Below, one piece after another: positions 1 to 13,360 of a stretch of 53,668 nucleotides of DNA. The stretch is from Vicugna vicugna (lineage: Eukaryota): NCBI GenBank assembly GCA_013265495.1, contig MU058387.1, positions 1,550,001 through 1,603,668 on the forward strand, read 5' to 3'. Both the position numbers and the translations under genes were made by a program. The notes under the pieces are model-generated. The model was given only the letters and a program-made list of their open reading frames with translations, was not told where the DNA came from and did no database searches. Positions within the stretch are counted from its first letter, which is position 1, and each line of letters opens with the position of its first letter.

Positions 1-760
1 TCACTCTGTTCAGAAGACATGACACTTATAAAAGTCTATTCGTCTTAAAAACAGCCCCAAAACACTGAATTGACAGGAGAAATATACAATTCAATAATAA
101 TTGGAGACTCCTATTCACCACTTTCAGTCATGGATAGAAAAATTAGGTTGGTGATCAACCAAGAAATAGATCTGAACAACATTATAAACCAACTAGAATG
201 AACAGACATTGGTAGAGCCCTCTACCCAACTGCCCCAGAATACACTCTTTTGAAGTTCACATGAAACATTCTTTAAGAGAGAACATATTCTAGGCCATTA
301 GGCGATCCTCAACCAACCTGTAAGGACTTAAATCATACAAAAGAATGTTCTTCTACTAGAGAGGAATCAAATTAGAAAGCTACACAGAAGAGAGTTTGAG
401 AAATTCAAATTACCTGGAAGTTAAGCAACTCACTCCTAAATGATCGATGAGTGGAAGAGGGAGTCACGAAAGAAATCAGAAAATAATTTGCCGTGGAAGG
501 CGATTAAAATGGCACGTACCAAAAGTTACAGAATGCAGGGCTATCAATGCTCAGAGGGAAATTTCTATCTGTAAACAACTGCATTTAAAAAAGAAGACAT
601 CTCATAAATGAGCAATCTAGACTTCCACCTTAATAAACTAGAAACAAAAGAGTAAACAAAACCCAAACCAAGACGAAGTGGGAAATAATCAAGATCAAAG
701 TAGAGAAAAGGAACGTAGGAGATGGAAACAAAGAAAATATATAGAAAATCAAGGAAACCC
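1..760 (+). mobile_element. Degenerate LINE-1 ORF2 fragment (endonuclease region and following linker)
   Basis: L1 ORF2-like runs such as 'ataattggagactcctattcaccactttcagtcatggatagaa', 'aaaccaactagaatgaacagacatt' and 'ctcagagggaaatttctatctgtaaa'. A-rich sense strand with many stops and frameshifts. Confidence 0.9.
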
Positions 761-829
761 AGTTTTCCCTTGCAACTTGAGATGGCATCAAAATCCTTAA
801 TTTTGCTTTGCAAGTTCAGAGTAAATGTA

Positions 830-1918
830 GAGCATGGTTACCACATCAGAAGGCAGAGAAGAAGCTCGTGTAGCAGAGCATGGGTTAGCTGGGTCCTCTG
901 TTTGGAATATCACCAGGCTGAAAGGCAGGTGGGGATGGAATATTGCCTGAGGCTTGGGGCTTTCTTCCAAGATCATTGGTTTTTGGTGGAGTTCATTTCC
1001 TTGTAGTTATGTTGTGGGCGAGAGGTTCTTGTCACAGAAAGAATTCAGAGACAAGACACGGAGGTTAAGAAAGCAAAGCAAAGATTTATTAAGGGATAGG
1101 GAATATGTTCTCAAGGAAAGAGTTGGCAAGACCCAGGTGGGTAGCTGCCCCAGGTTTCCTTGGCAAGCTCATTATATGAATGTAGCAATGAATGGGCAGA
1201 ATATTCATTGCAAGGAGGGGTTTGGGGTTTTCTTTCCTGATCTTCATCCAAGCTGCACCTTCCCAGGTGGGGAGAAGGGATTTTTTTTTTTTGTCCTTAT
1301 TTAGTCTTGATCAGGAAGTTGGATGAGGTCACAATGAACAAAAGGTTACATTAAAATGGGATATCTTAAGCAAAAGGTTACATTTGGACAGATGTTACAA
1401 TGATTGAAAGGTTACATTTGGGTGGTGGGGACTCCTGTCCTGTCCCACCCTTCTGCCTCCAGAACACTTATCAACCCAGAAGGTATGCTTTCTTATCAGT
1501 CCAGAGGATCCTGTTTTTCTTGGTCTGTTCAAGGACCCCCATTGTTCACAAGATGTATTGTTTCTTGCTGTTTGGCCCATGGCCCCTTTCTCTGCTCATA
1601 TCTAGCTATCTGCCTGCTCTAATAGTTATGGGACTAAAGTTTCTATTTTCTTGTTGGCTCTTGGGTGAAGATGCTCTTGGCTTCTAGAAGCTTCCCTCAG
1701 GTCTTTGCCACATGGCTCTCACAACATGGCTCTTTACTTTCTTCCAAGCCAGCAGGAGAGTGAGAAAGTCCTCAACTTATTAGGTCAGACCCATTCAGGG
1801 TAAATTCCATTTTGATGAACTCAAAGTCAAGTGAGGGGGGCCTTTAATTATATGTGTGAAATTCATTTTGCCATATACTCTTACATAATTGTTTAAGTAA
1901 TAACCTCTCATATTCATA
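830..1918 (-). mobile_element. MaLR MLT1 (E/F-like) LTR, split by an ERV1 LTR at 1010-1624
   Basis: 'ttccaagatcattggttttggtggagttcatttccttgtagtta' resumes after the insertion as 'tgggactaaag...cacatggctctcacaacatggc...gaactcaaagtcaag...ctttaattatatgtgtgaaattc', matching antisense MLT1. Confidence 0.7.
1010..1624 (-). mobile_element. ERV1-class solo LTR
   Basis: Termini TG...TA (decayed CA). 4-bp TSD gtta at 1006-1009 and 1625-1628. TTTATT (antisense polyA signal) at ~1085. Internal repeats of aaaggttacatt at ~1341, ~1373 and ~1408. Confidence 0.8.
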
Positions 1919-1919
1919 G

Positions 1920-1920
<1 letters not shown>

Positions 1921-1964
<44 letters not shown>
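1921..1964. repeat. Compound microsatellite (GT)n(AT)n(AC)n
   Basis: Read directly from the sequence. Confidence 0.95.
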
Positions 1965-1965
<1 letters not shown>

Positions 1966-3079
1966 GCTATATGCATGTGTGTGTATAATAACTGTTGCCA
2001 AGTTCAAATAATGGGTTCATTTCTTCCTCATGAACTCACAAAACAGCACAAATGCAATCATGAGCCTTATGAGTGACCCAATTATTTCTAGCAATAAAAA
2101 ACTCCATATAGTCAGTTGAAAGAAGAGTATTAAAGTGGTCTTCAGTATGTTTATATAACAGTTGAAAGATGAATTAGCTGGCATTCTCTTGTTAACCTAC
2201 ATCTTAGACATAGGGAAAAAATACTGAAAAAATTTAGTAGTGTGTTAGAGATATAGAGAGACTTTTCACATATATTTTACTATTTCATATAATATATAAG
2301 CCCATACATAAAATATACAGCTGGATTTAACGTGACCGATTTTAAGCTGTAAATAAAAATCGTTACAAAAATAGGTATCATCTAGCTAAAAGACAGGTAT
2401 AAAGTTTTCCATTTTGCTCAGGTGAGGTGTTTTCCCTTGCTCAGGGGTAAAGAATAACTCCATAAAAGGAAAGAGAAACAGTAGCAGGTTATTTGCGAGT
2501 AGGCAAGTACTACACTTGCTTCTTGGGAATCCAGGTTTCCTCTCTTCAGGACAAATCAACTTTGACCTGGTTATCTGACATTTTTAAATTCACATACCAG
2601 AGGAGGAACAAACCACAGGCCTGTCCCACTTCAGCACAGGAAGGGCAGCCTTTCAGAACCGCAGGCTGTGGACATCTACAAGGGGGTGGATGCCCGTGGA
2701 TCAACAACACGGGGAAGCTCCAAGTGAGAAAGTAAATTTACAGCATGGCGTTTGTTCTCCTCCTAAACCCTCTTGGCTTGTTGCATATAAAGACCATGCT
2801 TTATCTCTGCACTTTACTTCTTTCTTGATGGACAGAATTCTCAATATCTGCTGGACAAATTTTTTTTTTCATTTTGAAACAGTGTCAACCTTAAAGAAAA
2901 GTTAAAAGAGCAGCGCAAAGAATTCCCTTCACTCAGACTCTCCAATAGTGAAGACTTTACTATACTTTATCCATTGAGAAAGATCCACAAACGAGAAAAA
3001 GGTGTCATGGATCAATAGGTCAAGTAAATACCCAAATAGATATTTGTTTATATGAAGATAGGTTTTTGTGTATGTTTAA

Positions 3080-3665
3080 CAAATGTCAGCAAACTGAATT
3101 CAGCAACATATAAAAAGACAATATGTCATGAATAAGTGAGATTTATCCAAGTGATGCATGGTTGGTCAATATGTGAAAATCAGTTAATATAATACATATT
3201 ATAGACAGAATAAAAGACAAAAACCACGTGAGCATCTCGAGAGACAGAAAAAGCACCTGACAAAGTCCTGCATCCATTAATTAAAACAACAACAACTCTC
3301 AACAAGGTGGGACTAGATGGAAAATTCTTCTGCTGAATAAAGGACATTTATCACAGATAACAACACACTTAATGGCTAAAATAAATGTTTCCCTCCCAAG
3401 ATCAGGAACAAGGCAAGGATGTCCGTTCTCATCAATGCTATTCAGTATTGCGCTGAGGATTCTAGCCAGTGCAGTCAGGGAAGAAAAAGAAGCAAAGCGT
3501 CCAAATTGGAAAGAAAGAAGTAAGACTGTTTTTATTCACAGGTACTAATACCCTGTAAGGAGAAAGTCCCAGGATCCACAAAACAAAAACAGAAACAGAA
3601 ACAAAACAAAACCAACTCTAGGAAGGTTGTAAGATTGAAAAAAAAAAAATCAATGTACAACATAT
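3080..3665 (+). mobile_element. Degenerate LINE-1 ORF2 fragment (reverse transcriptase region)
   Basis: 'agcaaactgaattcagcaacatataaaaag', 'cagaaaaagcacctgacaaagt', 'aagatcaggaacaaggcaaggatgtcc' and 'ctagccagtgcagtcagg' are L1 RT-region motifs (decayed RQGCPLS region). Confidence 0.9.
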
Positions 3666-4034
3666 TGATGTTTGGCCAGATGAAAACAAAACCTTAAAAA
3701 AGCAAGGTGGACAAAAATGGGTGGGGGGTGGCAGCGATTGGATTAAAAGAATCACAGAAGAATGGAAAAAAAAAGTGACAGCAGTAGTGTTTAGGAAAGA
3801 GAATGCTCTGCCTACAAAATGTGACCTACAAAGCATTCCAGGTGGGAAGAAAGTTTTATGCTTTGGGGGAAGTCTTGGAAAATTGTTCAGAAATGCTTTT
3901 GTTTGTTTGTTTGTTTTTAATTAGAAGAACCAGAGGGTATTTTTGAACCTCATTTTAAATTAATATCAGTATTTGTATTGGATAGTCTCCAGCAGTAATA
4001 AAACTGACTGTCAAGGTAAGTAGCATAATGTCCA

Positions 4035-4384
4035 TTTTAAAATAAACAAAGAGGCATTAGATTGAGGTGGTTCTACCAATTTGGATGTCCACGTAAGAAA
4101 ACCGAAAACTAACCCAGCGTCAGTTGCTACCAATGTCCCAAGGTCAAGAAGAAAACCAGTCACCGCCAATTAAGCTTTCCCAAACAATGCAGCCGCTTAA
4201 GCTGTAGCCGATCACATAATTAGTGTTTTATGTGATCGTTTTGCTTCGTTTCCTGGTCTTCTCTATAAAAATCTTCTCCCAAGTTCCTGCTGTTGGAGCA
4301 CTCCTAAGCACCTTGGATTCTGAAGCCGCAATAGCTCAAGTAAACTCTTCAAAACGTTAACGTGCCTGCCTTTGTCTTTTAACA
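4035..4384 (+). mobile_element. ERV1 LTR, MER34/MER39-like
   Basis: TATA box 'ctataaaa' at ~4263. The 3' end 'aagtaaactcttcaaaacgttaacgtgcctgcctttgtcttttaaca' resembles MER34/39-group termini. The 5' boundary is approximate. Confidence 0.6.
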
Positions 4385-4624
4385 TCTGTCTCTGAGAACT
4401 TAACGTGCCTTAACTGTGTTAAAAAAGAAAGCGTTTTATTTCTTTAGCCAATTTCTTAACTAGAATATCATTCTATGCTATTTCCCTTGGGTCTGTTAAT
4501 GAGTTTAGCTCATTTCATAATCAACAACCTTCGGGAAATAAAGTTTAAAAAAAAAAAGGGAGCAGTAGCAGATTTAATGGTTTTATCTTGGAACTTTCTG
4601 TGAAATAAAAAGAGAAACACTCCT

Positions 4625-5040
4625 CCTGTTGTCTCTTCTATGCTAAATATTTTATTATAGCACTAACACATTCCTCATGTCAGATGTGTGGGATATCCGT
4701 ACATTAAGCAATTCTGTGGCATCAGTTAGGGGTCTACAAAATTCTGACACTATCGACCTGGAGACGGCCTCGGATGAAGGGCACCGTCCCCAAGTCGGCC
4801 TCCTTCGTCCACTTCAGACTCCAGTAACAAGTCCAGGTTGTCACCTGTGCCTCTGACTGACTCCCCGTAGGAACCAGAAATCCCACACCCTGCTCCTAGT
4901 GGTCCTTTAATTTGTTAGAGAGGCTCACAGAATTCAGGAAAACAGTTTACTGACTAGAATACCGGTTCATCACAAAGGATATTAAAGGATACAAATCAAT
5001 GGCCAGACAGAGGAACATAGGGTAAGGTCCAGAAGGGACT
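4625..5040. mobile_element. MER21-like LTR fragment
   Basis: 'aattctgacactatcgacctggaga', 'cacttcagactccagtaacaagtccaggttgtcacctgtgcctctgac' and 'aatttgttagagaggctcacagaattcaggaaaacagtttac' are characteristic of MER21. Confidence 0.8.
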
Positions 5041-5499
5041 GATGCTTGTGTTATTAGACTGAACTGGCCTTTTTAATACCTGAAAATGACCAGAAAAACA
5101 ATGTAATCTTCCTGAGAATTAATCAAAAGAGGAGGATAATTGAATAGAGAGATTTTAAAAGTCAACTTTGAACTAATTAAATAAATAAGTATGGCTTTAG
5201 TTAATAAACAAAACACGTATGGTTATGACTAATGCATTAAAATCGACACATAAGTTAGTCAAATGAGCCATGTTCAAACCACTATAATAAAATCAATATT
5301 CAGACACATTTTTGTCAATTTCTCCTACATTCATCTTTCTATAAACTTGTGATTATATTGTAAATCTAGCTTTACATCCTACTCTTTTGCTTAACGTTAC
5401 ATAAGACATTCCTATATGGGTAGATTACTTTTCTATCCTATATGAAATATTATTTTTCATAGCGGGTCACTAATGCGAAATGAATGTGCTATATATACT

Positions 5500-5966
5500 T
5501 GTGAATGAAAATACTACAACTATATCAGTAAACAAAAAAATGCTGAAACCAAGTCATCAGTGGCTGCCGCCACCCCCCAGTGAGAAAAGGCCTGCAGCCC
5601 AGCCACTCACAGTGGTGCGCCCTGAGGGGACTCAGAATAAGAGACAGGATGCTGGCCCTAGAAAGCTAGGTATTTGTCAAAGGAATGAATTCAATGGGCC
5701 CAAATGTTTGCTTCCTCCCATACATAGAAAGGCACTAAATTCTTTAACTTGAGATGCCTGGTTTTCTTTAGGTAACAAGTAATCTTTTAATGTCCCAACT
5801 ACCTGGTCTTTGTGGTAGAGCTCCTATATATCCTGGCTCCTCCCCTACCTCCTCAGAGCATCTGAGAGGCTGTCATCCCGGGCTTGAAGTGGTTCGAGCC
5901 CTCAGAAATACCCACCAAATAAAACATAACTCTCAATTTTAGGTTGTGCATATATTTCATTTGACA
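5500..5966 (+). mobile_element. ERV1-class solo LTR (cetartiodactyl-type)
   Basis: TG...CA termini with an imperfect inverted repeat (tgtgaatgaaa / tttcatttgaca). TATA 'cctatata' at ~5823 and AATAAA at ~5918. Confidence 0.75.
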
Positions 5967-7309
5967 CTTTAAATACCAGTATAGATATTATATAGAATAT
6001 AGCATTGTCTTCCCCTCTTTTTCTAATAAGTAACTATTCTTCAAATATTCCTCATAAAAAATATTTTACAGGAATGTTAGGGTATCTCATTTCATGGTTT
6101 AAAAAATAAAGTATGCATTGCAGTTTTCTCTTTAATCCGATACACCATGCCTGCAAATCAAAAAGAATTCTTTCAAATTTCAGTGTGAAATTGATAAAAA
6201 TGTAAAATAAGAAACTGAAAAAGAAAAGAGGGCAAAAAACAAAATTGAAGGAATCCTATGAGGTTCTTTTCTTAACTCGCGTACCTAGAAATTTTATTCC
6301 CTAGCATCGATCTAATAACTGTGGGGTCCTTGCCATGAACTTAGTGCTCCTTTACCCCCTCAAGTTTAAAGACTAGAAAATGAAGTGCTTCCTGCGGATT
6401 TCAAGCTGTAGTTGCCATTGAACTTGCTGAAGTCATACACTGCAAGTGGGAACAGAAAGATGAAATTACAACCTTTCTAATACGCCACCAGGTATGCTTT
6501 ATTTTTAAATAATGGATGTTTCTGCCAGCTCCACCAACACCAAATTTGCACAAAATTTCCATTAAAAGTAACTTTTTCTCCTTTTATGTAAAGAAAAAGG
6601 CAAGAACAACCACTGAGTTTAAAACTGTTGCCACTTGCAATAAATTGTTTCAGACACAAGTTATTTTTCAACAATTAAAATAAAAAAGAAATCAATAGCA
6701 AATAAAAGATGACCACTGAAAGAAAGAGCTCTCCATTATCCACACTTGAGATGGTCTAAGTAGATGTTTATTAATGTTTTTCTTCAGGGGAATCCTTTAT
6801 AAGTGACAGTGTAGAATAAAATAAGCAGATAGCAAATGTAAAGAGTTTCAAAGTATATTTTAAAATAAACTAATTTTAAAAATAAATAAATAATTTCATT
6901 ATAGAACTGATGATATTATTTACTCCCTAAAGATGATAATACATTTTACATTATGATTGTACAAAATCTTGATAAAGCACTAAATCAATATTCTATCACC
7001 CAAAATGTTATGCTTTACTTAATATTGTATCAAATATTTCCCCAAACTGAACTATGTGGGTAGCAAACAAAAGAGATTAAAAATGAAGATACTTAAGTCA
7101 CTCAAGTATACATTACAGTTACACTTTGAGAGTGGGTAAGCTGATTAAAGCACACATTATACTTTAAAAAATGATGAGAAAAGGACATTAGAGAGTGTTC
7201 ATAGTTAAGGGGCTGGCATAAATAGAAACGGACCCCAATATAATCATACCAAAACAGAGTATAATGCATAACACAGGAATGGGATATGCAGAATTTTGTT
7301 GGGGTTCAT

Positions 7310-7808
7310 AGGTATCCACCCAAAAGAAATAAAAACATGTATCACAAAGTTTTGTATATGAAAGTTCACATCAGTATTCATATTAGCAATAAAAGTGGCA
7401 TGTCCACCGATCAGGGAATGGATAAACACAATGGTGTGTCTGTACAATGGAATCCTATTCAGTAATAAAAAAAGCAGAGCCCTGTGCATGCTCCTACTTG
7501 AATAAAACTCCCGCCCAAAATACATAATTGGAAAAACTCAGCTATAAAAAGACCATTTACTATATAAATCAATTTATATAAAATATTCAGAAAAGGCAAG
7601 TGTATATAAAGAGAAAGCAGACTGGTGGTTGCCTATGTCTGGGGTGGGAACAAAGAGTGGGTGTTAATGATTTCCTTTTGGAGCAATAGAAATGCTCTAA
7701 ACCTGGATTGTGGTGTTGCTTGGCAACACTCTGAACTTCTTAAAAATCACTGAATTGTACACATAGAATAAGTTGATATTGTAATATGCATGTTATAATC
7801 AATAAAGT
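7310..7808 (+). mobile_element. Old L1M (MB/MC-like) 3' end
   Basis: 'aggtatccacccaaaagaaataaaaaca', 'gaatggataaacacaatggtg...caatggaatcctattcagtaataaaa', ending 'aaatcactgaattgtacac...aataaag'. Confidence 0.85.
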
Positions 7809-8324
7809 GGAAATACATTTGGTCAGGACTCAGAGCAAGATTAGTTGTAGTTACAGGAAGACCTCAAATTTCAGACATATTTTAAAGCTTAGATGTGACT
7901 TCATTTTATTTATTTACTTATCATACCTGTCTACTTATAAAAAGAATAAAGGTAGCATCAATATACATGATATTGGACATTAATACAATATGAAAGATAA
8001 ACATCTAATCATAGGGGATGAGGCAAATGAAAAGTGCTGGAAAATATCTAAGTTTCAGTTACAAAGCTTTGCCTTGGATAGTAAAACACTCAGCATGACG
8101 TGAGACATCACAAAGTTATATAACCCTCATTATTTAAGCCAGGCAGGACTTGGTTCTGTGATGTTCACTTACACAAGTGGAGGGAAGTATGGGATCAGGG
8201 CATCTGAGTAAGAGCAGAGAACCTAAAATTTGTCAGCATAGAAGGAACAGCTCATTTTCAGCCACCAGGTTTCACTGAGCTCTTATGCTTTATCCCCTAA
8301 ACTAAATGCTTTCTGTGCTGTACC

Positions 8325-8500
8325 TTATTTAATCCCCATAACAATGCTATTAGTTCTATACTATTATCACATTCATTTTACAAATGAAGAAACTAATGCA
8401 ACACCCATTAACGTAGCTTCAAAATTTGCGGAAATGTGTATGTGTGAGAGCTGAGATTTAAACCCAGGCAGACACTCCATTACTACACACCTAACTATTC
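8325..8500 (-). mobile_element. MIR SINE
   Basis: Core 'cattttacaaatgaagaaactaa' and 'gagctgagatttaaacccaggcag'. Confidence 0.75.
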
Positions 8501-9199
8501 AACAGCAATGCTCCGTGCATTTGATTCATCAGGATGTTCTTTCAAATTGGAGGTTAAGACCATCTCCAACATGATTTCTGCTGCCTTACAGAGGCAGATT
8601 TCATTGATCACGTCTATATTGTCTTCATGGGCCTCTCATGATTTTCAACATTTTTCTACATTGACCCCCCTCATCCAGAATCCCCACTCTTTACTGCCAG
8701 CCTTTTCTCAACTCAGCTTGTGGTCCAGTCCCAAACCACCTCCTGGCCATAGTCCCATCACTGGCATCTGCTTACCTAGTTCGTGGAAAGTAGTTCATGG
8801 TATAAACAGGAGTTTGCCTGTCAGGAACAATCCCCAACATACATAATTGGTTTAGATGCATTCTTTTTACATTTTAACCTGGATTCTATGAAACTTAGAA
8901 ATGAAATTTGACATTGTGAAGAGTTTAACCAACAATGGTTCTGCCCTTTGTATGCTGCTTTCAAATAGTGCTATTATAGGTCTTTAAGGGTAGACATGTT
9001 AATCAGGCCATTCATCCCGAACCCCAAATCAGCACACGAATCTGCTCCTTTCTGGTGCAGGAGCATTACAAGAGATGTGGGTGGCATTTCTGTTTTGGTT
9101 TTTTTTCCCTAATTTCATGGGGAATGGCATTTTGAAAGAGAAATAAAATAGGACAGATTAAACATAGTTGATACATAGTTGATTATCTTGGCTCCTCTG

Positions 9200-11340
9200 A
9201 GAAACTCCCCTAAATAAAAAAAATATAAAAAAAGGAAAATGTAAATGCACAATCATACAAGCCAAAAGACAATATAAAATGTGACAACAGTAAATGAGAG
9301 GCATCAACAATTTTCTGAGAATGGAAATCAAATGCAGGAATAATGTTATTTGACTTAAAAAAGAAGAGGAAATTGAAATCAATGTGGGCAGAAACATGTT
9401 GACTCACAGAATCAGAGGAAGTTTATGGACTTTGAAGACCCAGGACAAGCAACTATGGAAGTGACTCATCGAAAACAAAGGAACGAGTTCAAAGACATAC
9501 AGCAATAGATCTATCCCTTGACTCTCACCCAACACTCAAAAACTCCAGAAATTAAGTGGATGCTTCTTGCCCACTGTAGAAGGATAACAGAAGTCTTTTT
9601 CTGCAGAGAAATCAAACCTAACAGGGTAGGTACTTGGGGTCACCTGACATAACAGAGCAGTGAGATCAAACCCTGAAAAAGAAAGGGGGGTTGAATGAGT
9701 CAGGATCCTGAACGGCAAGTTATTTTCCCAATGTCTTCCCTCATTCAGGTAACTCCAGGCAGATGACAGAAACATTTCCCTCTGGGGAAAAAAAAAAATG
9801 GAAAAGCCTCCAAGAAAAAGCAAAACAAGATGCTAAACTTTTGAGAGATTTGCAAAGCACATAAGAGTTTATATGTGGATCATCTCACAGTGAAGGAAAC
9901 ATGCTTTCACATAAATATCAAGCCAGGAGCTTTTTAGTGATTCCCTCTTAAATACAATGGATAGGTAAACATCATTACTCATTTGAAGGAAACATCCAAG
10001 CTGACAGAGATACAAATAAGTAGGAAAGATTCAGGGACACCACAGGAAGCAGAAGAAAGCTTTTAACAATATATCATCGATACTCTCAAAACAGTACTAT
10101 TGCAATAACAAAAACAATTCTTATAAATCATAGCATTATAAATTTTTTTTAAAATCTCCTATAAACTAATACCAAAAGCAGAGCCAATAGGAGATAAAGT
10201 TTTAATAATTGGAAGAACAATGAAGAAAGTTTAATGTATAAGTAACAGGAATTTTAATAAATCAAACCATTAATTTCTAAAGCTTGAAGGACACAAATCT
10301 CTAAATGGTAAAGACCCACCAAATGTTTAGCACAATGAATAAAGAAGGTCTCTCACAGAGGTATTATCCTGTGAAATGTAAGAACATTAAAAATTATTTT
10401 AAAATGACACCAAGGGCTTCAAGTGTGGGAGAGGGCTTAGGAATGCCTCGTGAAAAGTACTGCAGTTCAGAATGGCATCCAACTTCTCAAGAGCAAGACT
10501 GGAAGCCACAAAGTAGTAGACTGAATTCCTTTAAAATCCAGAAGAGAGATGATATATCTTGCTAAACCATGACTAAAGCATGAGAACAAAAAACGCTTTC
10601 AGACATAAAACATTTCTTTAAATTTTCCCCCAGTGATTTGTCTTTTGTTAGAAAGCTACTCGAGGTTCCGATTCTGAAAAGTGAGTCAAACCAATGAACA
10701 AGAAGATACATGATCCAGGGAACACAATGCCATACAGGAGATTGCTGCTGAAGTAGCCAGTTGAGGCGTTGTGCACTTTAACCAGTAAACACTCAAGCTA
10801 GACTGGAGGAGAATCAGTTACTAAGGAGGGAGACCTCCCAATAAAAGGGAGGGAGAGAGGGAGGGAGAGAGGGGATGGGTGTGTGCGTGTGAGAGAGAGA
10901 AAGAGAGAGAGAAAGGAAAACTTGGAGATGGAGATTTTCAGAACTGTGTTTGAATATGTAGAAAAATAATTGTTAGATGACAATAATAATCATTAATAAT
11001 AATAGTAGTATAAACACTGACTACCAACTTAATCAAGTATTGTAATAGAAATATAATGTGAGAATATAGAGAGAGGAAGTAGTCCATTTGGTGGAGCAAG
11101 TGTCAGAGAGCTGAATGAACTACCAAAAAGGAAATCAGTAAAAAATGTCCAAAGTTGACAAATCAAGAATTAGCAATAAAAGCATCTATTTAAAGGTGTG
11201 GAAGTGACGAGCAGAAGAGCATATTTAAAGGAGTTGAAAGTCATTTTTGGGGAACTGAAGTTGGATAACAGGGAGGATTGAGCATTTGTAAGAATTATTT
11301 TAATATGTAAATGATAGCTAGTGTTACTTTAATATATGTA
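9200..11340 (+). mobile_element. HAL1-like (half-L1, ORF1-only) element, highly diverged and near full length
   Basis: ORF1-like segment 'cagaatggcatccaacttctcaagagcaagactggaagcc' (~10468) runs, with no ORF2 between, into a HAL1-type 3' end 'aagttgacaaatcaagaattagcaataaaagc...aaaggagttgaaagt'. The 5' boundary is uncertain. Confidence 0.6.
10842..10918. repeat. GA/GT-rich simple repeat
   Basis: gggagggagagagg...gtgtgcgtgtgagagagagaaagagagagag read directly. Confidence 0.85.
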
Positions 11341-11662
11341 ATTTTATTTCATGTAAATACAAATTAATTATAAGGAATAAGAAATACAATATGAGAAATC
11401 TCAACTTTGTCGAGTATGCTGCAGGGAAAAGATGCATTGACAATATTGATCAGCTGTATTTCTGACCATTTTGTAGAAAAACTCCCAAGCCAATGCCAAC
11501 AATGAGAAATTATCAAAGGGGAAATTAGTTTACTGGTATAAGAATTAATGGTGTTTCATTCTAATAACTGGGAAAATGTGGGGTGAATGAGAATTAATAC
11601 CACTATGCTTTCATGATACAGAATATATTCTCAATAATGAAATGATTTTAAAGTATAAGGCT

Positions 11663-11930
11663 TAGAGGGGAGAGGCTGGTGGGGTTAGGCAAAATAGGTG
11701 AAGCAGATTAAGAGGCACAAATCTTCAGTTATAAAATAAATAAACCACTGGGATTAAATATACAGCAAAGGGGATATGGTCAAAAATATTTAGTAACTTT
11801 ATATGGGGACCGACAGTTACTAGACTTATTATAATGATCATTTCATAATATATGCAAATGTCAAGTCACTACATAGCACACCTGAAACTAACATGATACT
11901 GCACATCAACTCTATTTCAATAAAATAAAA
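11663..11930 (+). mobile_element. L1 3' UTR fragment (L1MA9-like), 5'-truncated
   Basis: 'ggtgaagcagattaagaggcacaaatcttcagttataaaataaataa...cacctgaaactaacatgatactgcacatcaactctatttcaataaaataaaa'. Confidence 0.85.
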
Positions 11931-13179
11931 TTACATAAAGCTTTTCAGTTAAAAAACAAAGGCAACATGCTATAGATTTATCATGATACCACGAAGGACA
12001 CAAAGATTCAGTTCAGAGAGGCTGAGGGTCCTATCAAATGTAGCCAAATGGTCATTACATAAATCAATAGTATACCCAGGTTTTTCTACAGATACCAAGT
12101 CCACTGATCTTACATCATAAGCTCACATGAAAGAAATTAATTTTATAATGCAATAAATGTTAAAAAAAATTTTGAAAGAGAAAATGGTTACACACAAAGG
12201 ATGTGGTATAACTTGCTCTGAAATTTATTAGATTTTCATCTAATGGTGTAATAGAAACCTGGTCCATAGAGAATCTCAGGCTTTTCTTATGCTGATGCTA
12301 CAAACTTAGATACAAATACAGACGTTTTATATTAACAACTTTACATTACGTATTATCACTAAGAAGCATTCTTTTATATTTTATTTATGTCATATAGTCA
12401 CATTTAATAAATGTTAAAGATATATAGGAATAATGGTTTTGTGATGGATATAATTGATTTTATGTTTGTTTTGTTGGGAAAAAGTAGTCTTCATACTTTA
12501 AAAAAACTGTAGGACAGCTCTTTACCCTCTTCCACATCTCTCTTCTGAAAACCTAAACCATTACAATTCTCGACTAATACGTGTTACACACATACACACG
12601 CACACACACACCTCTCCCAATATTTCAGTTACAGATTAACACAAGAAGAAAAGACAAAAACCTCACTGTTTTCCATCCTTTACACTACAACATTCAATGA
12701 TATGCTTCATATTTTTCTGTGTGCTGGTGTGTCTCAAAAAGCTTAGTTAACATATTTGTTATATAAACCTATTCCTGCCAAATTAAACAATTTTTATAAA
12801 TATTGGGGATGATACATAATAAATTTATTTAAGGGAGAAATAGGTGATGGTTATGAAACATATAAAACAAAAATTTATCCTGTTATCCTATGGCATATCT
12901 GTATCTATAGTATACCTATATATGTTTATATAGAGAGACATTTTGATAAACATATATATATATATACACACACACATATATACTTGATATGTTTGTTCTG
13001 TGCATCTTAATTGTGTGTACCTTCCTTTTCCTAGGAAAATTTTAATTTTAAGAAATAGTGTCTTAGCATTTGATTCTGAATATTTCAACTGCTTCAGAAC
13101 AAAATTAAGAATTTAGCTAATAGGCAAACTTAAAAACATTAAGATTATTACCTAGAACTATAATAGTATTAGTAAATAG

Positions 13180-13360
13180 TGATAGTAACACATAGGTTTT
13201 AATTGAGCATTTATTAAATGTCAAGGATTATCTTAGTTCCTTAGAGGCATCCATGCTTTATACCTTTATGGGATTATTACTGTTTTTATCCTCATTTCAT
13301 AAAAAAGGACCACAGTATCACACATAGTAAATTCCAGAGTTGGAATTTGGATCTGATTCA
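13180..13360 (-). mobile_element. MIR SINE remnant
   Basis: 'attgagcatttattaaatgtcaagg', 'tttttatcctcattt' and 'agtaaattccagagttggaattt'. Confidence 0.55.

Noticed and set aside
565..813. Hydrophobic ORFs antisense to L1 (also 50351-50548)
   Set aside because: Artefact of translating T-rich antisense L1 sequence.
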